Origin: Octopus sinensis
Taxonomy: Eukaryota
DNA length: 64,000 nucleotides
NCBI RefSeq assembly: GCF_006345805.1
Contig: NC_042997.1
Coordinates: 75,392,001 to 75,456,000, forward strand
Reading direction: 5' to 3'
In this document: piece by piece, positions 51,040-60,039 of the stretch
Numbering within the stretch: the stretch's first letter is position 1
How the letters are laid out: each line of letters begins with the position of its first letter
Notes under the pieces: generated by a model
What the model saw: the letters and a program-made list of their open reading frames with translations, nothing else
Databases searched by the model: none
Told to the model about the DNA's origin: nothing
Position numbers and translations under genes: made by a program

Positions 51040-51180
51040 ATGAAAAAACAAAAGACGAAGACAGGTGGGGTACAAAACAAACATGTATTAGTGTAATGCT
51101 CAGGAATAGAAAAAGTCTTTTACGTTTTGAACCTACGCTCTTCTACAGAAAGGGACACCGAAAAAACAAGGAGAGAAACA
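51040..51180 (-). repeat. Single arm of the 56279-56627 repeat family with an HHR-like motif (51117-51152)
   Basis: Aligns to 56285-56430; bordered by (TA)n/(GA)n. Confidence 0.75.
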
Positions 51181-51242
51181 ATATATATATATATGTGTAT
51201 ATGTGTGTGTGTGTGTATATATATGTGTGTGTGTATAAAAAC

Positions 51243-51960
51243 ACAGGTTGTGTGAAAAGTAAGCAGGCATTAAAAATATGTAATAAAATCCATTTTCCTT
51301 TTTCAAATTTATTGAAACAAATTATATATGTTCTTTATTACATGGGAAAATGAAAGTAAATCTTCATATTTCAACATAAGCACCAGTGCCATCAACCAGT
51401 TTCCTCAAATGACCAGGGATGGAATGAAGAACTTTCTGAAGGATGTTGTCTGGAATGTCATTGAGAATCTCCTCCTGGATCCATGTCTCCAAGTCCTCCA
51501 GTGTGCAAGGTTTTTTCTTGTACACCTCCTTTTTTATGTAACCCCGCAGGTAAAAATTACATGGAGTAAAATGTAGACTTCTTGGAGGCCATTCCATATT
51601 CCATTCTGCAGTCACAGTTTCGGGTTTTAGCTCCTGCACGTAATGGGGTTTCTACAGATGAAAATTCAATTTTTATGCACCACCATATATATTGTGTCTC
51701 TTGTTTGCTCACTTTCATGACCTGCTTGACATGTTGATTTTTGCAGGCTGTGATTAAACATGTCCTGCACTGCTGCCATGTTTTCTAGTGATCAAGATGT
51801 GCTTGGACGGCCACTTCCTGCATCATTCACAGAGCCCATGGTTATCAGCTTTACCTGATAACTTTTTATTGTTGCATGCTTACCTTTCCATGCACACCAC
51901 CATCTCTGAACTAAAACAATGGAATTCCACACTGCATAGAGTGCCATTATCTTAGCTTAT
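51243..51960 (-). mobile_element. Tc1/mariner-superfamily transposase remnant
   Basis: ORF 51364-51639 (WPPRSLHFTPCNFYLRGYIK..VY..KP.TLEDL). Confidence 0.8.
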
Positions 51961-52125
51961 TCATGAACAGTCAAGCGACTGGCCATCTGGAAAATGAGTA
52001 ATAAGACAATAGGAAAATAAGAAATCCCCTTCAGTGTTGTTGGTTTAAAATGTTTTTGTTATGACTTCAGTGATATTAAAAATTCTATAACCGATTTCTA
52101 ATGCCTAGTTACTTTCCACCAACCA

Positions 52126-52158
<33 letters not shown>

Positions 52159-52165
<7 letters not shown>

Positions 52166-52278
52166 ACAAGATAAGGGCAGAAGAAAAATTCTAATGCCAG
52201 ATACGCCGAAACAAAAAATGTTTTGTTTCGGCGTATCTGGCATTAGAATTTTTCTTCTGCCCTTATCTTGTAAATTAT
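52159..52278. repeat. Perfect 58-bp-arm hairpin, 4-nt loop, abutting (TA)n
   Basis: 52159-52216 is the exact reverse complement of 52221-52278. Confidence 0.95.
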
Positions 52279-52385
52279 GTATAAATTTTACCTTTAGAGG
52301 CATCTTTTGATATGCTGGCCATTGATAAAATTTTTTCCCGAAAAAAATTTTATCCTATATTTATTATATATATATATATATATAT

Positions 52386-53424
52386 ATGTATACAATATGT
52401 TACATTACTCGGTAGTCAAGATAAAACTCTGAGTTTCAGATGCCGAAGTGGAAATCCACAACACCATCTCTTCGGTTATCTGGCTATTTGAAAACGTTAT
52501 GAAAAAATACCGTTAAAAATGAAGGGAAATTACTCTGTTATAACTCTGCTTTGCCTGTGTACTTATACATCGCTCGCATTTTTCGTCATAAAAATTATAT
52601 AAAAATACATAAAAATATATAAAAATATATAAAAATATATAAAATCTTCTTGGGACATTACACAGAAAGCATGTTCTATCCGTTTTCTTTAGGGGACCAA
52701 AAACGTAACAGAAATTTAGTCACATGTGGGCATGATCCGAAAAGCTCTGTCCTTGTATTTAGACATGTGGTAGGGTCTAAGCTGCTTTTCCAGATAAGCC
52801 ATCTCTCCATGTCGCATAAACCGCACCTTCCGCTGCCGTTGGTATAGGGCTTACATCTGGCCAAAATCTTCCATTGTATGTTATAATCGACACCTTTATC
52901 TCTTAAAGACCAAATATGATTGGATAATTGTGTCGCTTTTCTTTTGTTCCAGTGCCTAAAGCTCAAAGTGTGGTTATTGAACCTGGCCTTGAAATTACCC
53001 TCTGTCAGGCCCACGTATTTCTTCGTCGAAACGGTGTCTTTAGTGGTTATAGAGTTTACGGTAGCTTCATATATGATGGTCTTGGACATGCAAGCTCCAT
53101 TTAGCGGGCACAATTCTTTATTCCTGCATGAACAGCTGTTTTCTTCTTGTGTTTTTTGTATGTTATGATTGATTATGTTTTTTAAATTGGTAGTTGAACT
53201 AAAACTAATTTTTAAATTGTGTCTATTGAAGAGTTTCCTATAAGCATGGTTAACTGGAAAATGTCTATCTATCAGTGCTAGGAAATATTTACCTATATTG
53301 AAGGCCACCTCGGGTGAGTAAGGGGGCGTAAACCAGATGACCTTCCTATTTCTATTATTCCTTTTCCTTATTGTTGGGCTGGTGATAGGTGTATATTTTA
53401 TTTTTTCGCTAAAACCACTATCTT
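52386..53424 (-). mobile_element. Penelope-like element 3' part (linker + GIY-YIG endonuclease + pLTR), probably Naiad-like
   Basis: Reading frame ..RKVIWFTPPYS..VAFNIGK.FL.LIDRHFP..CSCRNKELCPLNGAC..IIYEATV..KYVGLTEGNFKARFNNH..RCGLC..LNTRTEL..CPH (ORF 52676-53308). The clade assignment is inference. Confidence 0.85.
52419..52481 (-). ncRNA. Type I hammerhead-like motif in the PLE 3' region (U4C variant)
   Basis: agataa CCGAAGA gatg[gtgttgtggatttccacttcgg]catc t GAAAC TC A GA GTT ttatct; 6-bp stem I, 4-bp stem III. Confidence 0.55.
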
Positions 53425-53717
53425 AATAAAGCTTTAAAAGATAGTGGTTTTAGCGAAAAAATAAAATATACACCTATCACCAGCCCAACAATAAGGAAAA
53501 GGAATAATAGAAATAGGAAGGTCATCTGGTTTACGCCCCCTTACTCACCCGAGGTGGCCTTCAATATAGGTAAATATTTCCTAGCACTGATAGATAGACA
53601 TTTTCCAGTTAACCATGCTTATAGGAAACTCTTCAATAGACACAATTTAAAAATTAGTTTTAGTTCAACTACCAATTTTAAAAACATAATCAATCATAAC
53701 ATACAAAAAACACAAGA
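53145..53717. repeat. Fold-back of PLE coding sequence, 280-bp arms, 13-nt spacer
   Basis: 53145-53424 and 53438-53717 are inverted with one mismatch (NLK versus NFK codon). Confidence 0.95.
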
Positions 53718-55048
53718 CAACACTATGACTGGGTGCTGAAACGGCTGCTCAACCACTCAAATGTGGAAGTGATATATCTCGACTTTGCAAAGGCCTTTGA
53801 TAAAGTCGATCATGGAATGATATGTCACAAACTGCGTGATCTCAACATAGTTGGAAAACTGGGAGAATGGCTTCATGACTTTCTGAAAGATAGAAGTCAG
53901 GTGGTAGTAGCCAATGGGGCACTTCCATTAACACGCAAATAGTGAGCGGTGTTCCGCAGGGCACTGTTCTGGGACCACTACTGTTCATAATGGCCCTCTC
54001 AGACATGCCCTCAGCCACGCAGAGAGCCACGATCACAAGTTATGCAGATGATACAAAAGTTTCACAGGCAATACAGAACCCTGAGGACACTAAACACCTG
54101 CAATGTGAGCTGGACAAAATATACAAGTGGGCTGAAAAGAATAGCATGCAGTTCAATGCTGAAAAGTTTCAAGCTCTATACTATCAGTATGCAAAACTAA
54201 ATGCAATACCCAATGAATACACTGGACCCGGAGGAATAGCAATCCCAGAGGCACAATCAGTGCGTGACCTAGGTATTTACATGAGTGATGACGCGACCTT
54301 TCGTGTACATGTTGCTAAATTGGCAATGAAATGTAGACCACTGGCCGGATGGATCCTCAGAACCTTTAGAACAAGAGAACAAGAAACCATGATGGTCCTC
54401 TGGAGGACACTTGTCCTAAGCCACTTTGACTACTGCTCTCAGTTATGGTCACCATCCAGTGTCAAGTTGATCACAGAGCTCGAGGCGATCCAACGTAGCT
54501 ACACGAAGAAGATAGCCTCTATGCTGAATGTAAGCTACTGGGAAAGACTCAAGAGATTAAAACTATATTCCCTGGAGCGTAGGCGGGAAAGATATGCCAT
54601 AATATACATCTGGAAGATCCTGGAGGGACGTGTCCTAAACTTTGGCATCGAGAGTTACGCAAATGCCAGAACTGGGCGCCACTGCGTGGTACGTAGGACT
54701 CCAAACTTGCCATCAAGATGTAGGACAAGATTCTGTGATAGCCTGGGCTTCCGAGGCCCACAGCTCTTCAATATCCTCCCAAAGAACCTGAGAGACCTGC
54801 ATGGGGTGGATGCAGATGTCTTTAAAATGAAGCTGGATCTCTTCCTGTCAGGTGTCCCAGATGAACCAACTTCACGGCAGAAGGGGCAGATGAGGGCAGC
54901 TGCATCGAACTCTCTCATGCACCAAATGGCAGTTGCTAGAAAGCTTTCGTGAAGTGAAACCAAGTAGCAACACCAAATGGCGGTGCCCCAGCATGGCCAC
55001 AGCTCATAAGCTGAAACTAGAATCAATCAATCAATCAATCAATCAATC
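53718..55048 (+). mobile_element. CR1-clade LINE, 5' truncated RT with (AATC)n tail
   Basis: YLDFAKAFDKVDH, GVPQGTVLGPLLF, YADDTK, SYWERLK.L.LYSLERRRER; one frameshift near 53935; tail at 55021-55048. Confidence 0.92.
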
Positions 55049-55056
55049 ATATACAA

Positions 55057-55792
55057 ATGACTGCCCACACGGAGCCCATAGCGATAATGAGTGTTTCTTT
55101 AAAATATTCCTTTATAAGCAGTGACGTCAAAAATGGTTGAATGTAGAAGATTCTAGAAGGTTCAAGGGTTCAAACAAGGTAGGAGGAGAGAGACCTAAGA
55201 ATAGGAAGGTAAATGGGTGCAGGTCAAATGAATGGTGATTTTGTTGTTTTCTTTTGTGAATGAGTGCCTATGTGTGTGTATGTATATAACTGCATTAATG
55301 GCTATGTGTGTGTATGTGTGTGCGTGATTGTGTGTTTGGATGGGTAGATGCCAAAAAAGACAGTGGTGAAGTGACAGGTTTGTGCCTGTGTGTTTGATTG
55401 TGCTTATGATAGAGAGAGGGAAAGAGAGAGAGAAAGGAGGGCGAGTTAGAGAGACAAAGGTAAAACACACCTCGATGGGTTGGCTAGTAGTCCTTTAAGA
55501 GTATAAAAATTGACTATGGGGGTGATATATAAATGGGACTATATTATTAAAATTCAAGAAAGTTGTCTATATTAATCATTATTCATATGAGTGAAAGGTG
55601 TGTTTTTGCCAGTGCATGCATCTGTAGGATTTCTCGACCATTGTATTTATTAACGGGACTTTGGCGAACAAAGGTCTCTCTCCTCCAACCTTGTTTGAAC
55701 TCTTGAACCTTCTAGAATCTTCTACATTTGCTTATAACGGAATATTTTAAAGAAACACTCATTATCGCTATGGGCTCCGTGTGGGCAGTCAT
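55057..55792. mobile_element. Inverted-repeat element with arms of about 120-140 bp
   Basis: 55057-55196 and 55672-55792 are inverted; the left arm has an extra block of about 20 nt; low-complexity spacer. Confidence 0.75.
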
Positions 55793-56124
55793 CTAAAAAT
55801 TTTTGTGCATCTTGATGCTGACATAAGTTCCTTAATTTTCCTGATGGGAAGGCGGCATAATGCACCCCTTATTCCTTCGAAATTAGGAATATGCAGCCTT
55901 CGAAACATATATCGAAAATAAAATAAAGGAATTTTATTAATTCATCATTCAACTCCATTCTTTCATTTACTTGTATTTAAAAAAACACACAAATTTCCAC
56001 ACGATAGCACGTGATCTCTGCCCTAGGCATGTAGCTTCAACCCTGTTTTTCTGACGTGAATTTACTACCCAGGTATCGGTTAACCGAATTATCCATAATA
56101 AGATAATTCATTCAACTACTCAAT

Positions 56125-56153
56125 TATTTATATATATATATATATTATATATA

Positions 56154-56245
<92 letters not shown>

Positions 56246-56275
56246 GTATATATATATATATGTATATATATATAG
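56125..56275. repeat. (TA)n-rich microsatellite
   Basis: Directly visible. Confidence 0.95.
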
Positions 56276-56278
56276 TTG

Positions 56279-56627
56279 GAATTTATAAAAAACAAAAGAC
56301 GAAGACAGGTATGTAAACGACAAACAGGTGTATTAATTTAACATTCAGGAAGGTGAGAAAGTCTTTTATATTTCAAGCTTACGCTCTTCCACAGAAAGGA
56401 ACACGAGAAAATAAACACAGAGAGAATAAAAAAAGAAAGCCTCGCCATGATAGATCACTAACCACTGAACCTTTTTCTATTTTCTCTCCCTGTTTACTTC
56501 TGTGTTCCTTTCTGTCGAAGAGCTTAGGCTCAAAATGTAAAAGACTTTCTCACTTCCCGAGTGATAAACTAATACATCTGTTTGTTGTTTACACACCCAT
56601 CTTTGTCTTTTGTTATTTTGTAAATTC
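56279..56627. mobile_element. Imperfect fold-back element (arms of about 160 bp) with an HHR-like motif in each arm, embedded in (TA)n
   Basis: Motifs at 56363-56398 (minus) and 56508-56543 (plus). Confidence 0.75.
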
Positions 56628-56636
56628 TCATATATA

Positions 56637-56694
<58 letters not shown>

Positions 56695-56696
<2 letters not shown>

Positions 56697-56860
56697 GGGC
56701 TTCTTTTAGTTTCTGTCTACCAAATCCACTCGAAAGGCTTTGGTTGGCCCGAGGCTATAGTAGAAGACACTTGCCCGAGGTACCACGGAGTGTGACTGAA
56801 CCTGGAACCATGTGGTTGGTAAGCAAGCTACTTACCACACAGCCACTCCTGCGCCTATGT
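56695..56860 (-). mobile_element. tRNA-SINE 5' half
   Basis: Matches 38780-38940. Confidence 0.85.
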
Positions 56861-57129
56861 ATGTGTGTGTGTGTGTATCACCAGGAAATGAGTAACATGA
56901 CTAGTTATAAATGCCAAAATTTTCCCTGCTGAAGAATGTACCCCCACAACATAGGTTAAAAATTAGTGACTTTAGGATCAGGGCTAAATGGCTGCCCAGG
57001 AGACAACCAGTGCGGAAAAGAAGGGTTCTGGAAGCTTAAGGATCCTCTGAATGGACAGAGATTTAGAGACATATTACTTGAACCTTTTGATGAAAAAGTG
57101 GAGAATATAGTATCACATAATGCGAAGGA

Positions 57130-60015
57130 CTACTGACTAGATCTGTGGTTAGTGCAAAGTTCCCTCTAGACCTAAGGTGACATGGTGGTGGAAGAATGTA
57201 GTTGGCAGGGCTAATAAGAAAAAGAAACAGGCATGGAAGGACTGGAAGTGTGGTGGTAGCAGGGAACTGTATCAGATCACCAGAAGGGAAGTTAGGAGAC
57301 AAGTTTACTTAGCTAGAGGGGAATCAGATAGGAAGAAATTTGCCAATGTTCTGCACCATGAGGACCAAAGACATGAAGTGTTTCGAATTGCAAGACAGTG
57401 TGTGAGAGAAAATCACAATGTCATAGGAAAGAAATGCATCTGCATGGATGATGGCTCACTTGCATTTAATGATGCTGCAAAGAGAGATGATTGGAGATGT
57501 CATTATGAAAGGTTGCTAAATGAAGAAAATATATGGGAGAAAGAGAGTCTGCCAAATGTCAACCCAACAGAGGGGCCAGGTATCTGAATTGAATGTAACT
57601 GGGTAGATAAAGCAATTAAGGGTATGAAGACAGGGAAAGCCCCTGGCCCATCAGGAATCACTGCTGGGATGCTTAAAATATCAGACAGTGTATATTTCTT
57701 TATTGCTCACAAGGGGCTAAGCATAGAGGGGACAAACAAGGACAGACAAATTAATTAAATTGATTAAATCAACCCCAGTGCATAACTTGTATTTATTTAA
57801 TCGACCCTGAAAGGAGGAAAGGCAAAGTCAACCTCGGCAGAATTTGAACTCAGAACATAACGGCAGACAAAATACCGCTAAGCATTTCACCAAGCATGCT
57901 AATGTTTCTACCAGCTCACCACCTTTATCAGGCAATGTAGACTATAGTCTAGTCAACCAGGTGATACATGGAGGAGTCATACCAAATGACTGGTGTAGCA
58001 GCACCATATTCAAAAGCTACAAAGATAAAGGTGGCACCTTGGATAGAAATAATTATAGAGGTATCAAATTGTTGGACCAGGTGATGAAAGTCACAGACAA
58101 GGTCATAGCCCAAATGATTAGGGAGAAAGTTAGTTTAGATGAGATGCATTTTGGGTTTGTGTCAGGGTGAAGCACCACTGATGCTATATTTCTGCTGCAG
58201 AAGAAATTCCTAGCCAAAGATAAACCTCTGTACTTCCTTTTTGTTGACATGGAAAAGGCCTTAAACAGGGTCCCTGATCTCTTATCTGGTGGTCAATGCA
58301 GGAACTAGGGATAGATTTAATGTTTGGTGAGAACTGTACAAACCGTGCACAGGAATGCTGTCAGTAAGATAAGCGTTGGCAATGAGTATATCAAAGAAGT
58401 AGGAGTTCATCAAGGATCAGTCCTCAGCCCCCTGTTGTTCATCGTAGTCCTCCAGGCAATAACAGAGGAATTCAAATCAGGCTGTGTCACTACCAGAACT
58501 TGAGAAGTTTTGGGTGTTGAAGCAAGGTCTAGAATCGAAGGGCCTTAGAGTTAACCTAGCAAAAACCAAAGTCTTAGTAAGTAGGAAGATGGACAGATCA
58601 CAAATCCCTTCAAGTAGATGGCCCTGCTCAATCTGTAGGAAAGGCGTAGGTAGAAACTCCCTAAGAAGTACCTAGTGTAAGCTATGGACACATAAAAGGT
58701 GCAGCAATATCAAAGGAAGGTTAACTGGGAAGATAGTTTTTGTGTGTGGCAGATGCATAGGTGCAATAAACACCAAAAATGTACAGAAAACAGATTGCAT
58801 CACATGCCAAGGGCAAAAACTAGAAGTAGTTGATAACTTCCGTTACCTAGGTGACCAAGTCTGTAGTGGGGGTGGATGCTCTGAGAGCATAGCTCCTAGA
58901 ATAGACAAAGTTCAGAGAGTTCCTACCTCTACGAGTAACAAAGGGCCTCTCACTCAGAGTAAAAGGTAGACTGTATGATGCTGTGTGCGAACAGCAGTGA
59001 AACATGGGCTGTGATGGCTGAGGACATGTGTAGGCTTGAAAGAAATGAAGCTAGTATCGTCCACTGGATGTGTAGTGTCAGTGTCCATGCACAACAGAGT
59101 GTAAGTGCCCTGAAAGAAAAGTTGGACATAAGAAGCATGAGTTGTGGTGTGCCAGAGAGATGACTGCTGAAATGGTCATGTGATTCATAGGGTTGAGGAT
59201 AGCTGTGTGAAGAAGTGTCACACCCTAACATTGGAAGGAACCTGTGGAAGAGGTAGACCCAGGACAACATGGGATGAGGTGGTAAAACACAACCTTCAAA
59301 TGTTGGGCCTCACAGAGGCAGTGACAGGTGACCGAGACCTTCAGGGAAACTCCACAAGCCAAGTGAGATCGTTGTCGTGGTCAATGCCAGTGTCACATAA
59401 CTAGCCCATTTAAAAGCACCTTTCAAGTGTTGGACAATGTGGCATGCTTGCAGAGACTTGTTGAACTCAGTGAAATCGTAGTTGTGGCTGATGCTAGTAC
59501 CACCTCACTCGCGCCCATGCCGGTGGCACATAAAATGCACAATTCAAGCATGGCCAATGCTGCTGTCGCCTGACTTGCACCCATGCCAGTGACATGTAAA
59601 AAGCACCGTTTTAGTGTGGCCAATGCCAGTACCCTTTGACTGGTATCTGTGCCTGTGTCACATAAAAAACATTATTCGAGTGTGGCCGATGCCAGTGGTG
59701 CCTGGCTGGCACCCATGCCAGTGGCACATAAAAAGCAGCTTCCGAGCAATGCAAGTACAGCCTGACTGATACTCGTGTGGGTGGCACATAAAAAGCACCT
59801 TTTGAGAGTGGCTAATGCTAGTACTGCCTGACTGGATCCTGTGCTTGTGGCACATAAGAACACCTACTACACTCTCGGAGTCATTGGCTTTAGGAAGAGT
59901 ATCTAGCTGTAGAAATCTTGCCAAATCAGATTGGAGCCTGGTGCAGCCTCTTGGTTTGCCAGTTCTTAGTCAAACTGTCTAACCCTTGCCAGCATGGAAA
60001 GCGGACGTTAAGTGA
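57130..60015 (+). mobile_element. RTE LINE, longest copy, degenerate, with a 3' UTR tandem array
   Basis: ORF remnants 57177-57587, 57844-58170, 58484-59404; array at 59483-59865; tail near 60010. Confidence 0.9.
57693..57925 (-). mobile_element. Second SINE family nested in the RTE, with a 14-bp TSD
   Basis: TSD tatcagacagtgta (57679-57692) and tatcaggcaatgta (57926-57939); B-box-like gagttcaaattc on the minus strand. Confidence 0.8.
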
Positions 60016-60039
60016 TGGTATATATATATATATATATAT

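Noticed and set aside
53942-54952. 336-aa ORF as a functional gene
   Set aside because: 5'-truncated, frameshifted CR1 RT lacking the endonuclease and N-terminal RT motifs in frame.
55800-55900. Candidate next CARMIL exon (HLDADISSLIFLMGRR)
   Set aside because: No AG acceptor at the required position and no donor; similarity too weak. The next exon is probably beyond the window.
59483-59865. CRISPR-like repeat-spacer appearance next to an RT
   Set aside because: The apparent spacers are homologous to each other, so this is a tandem minisatellite in a eukaryotic LINE 3' UTR; no cas genes.
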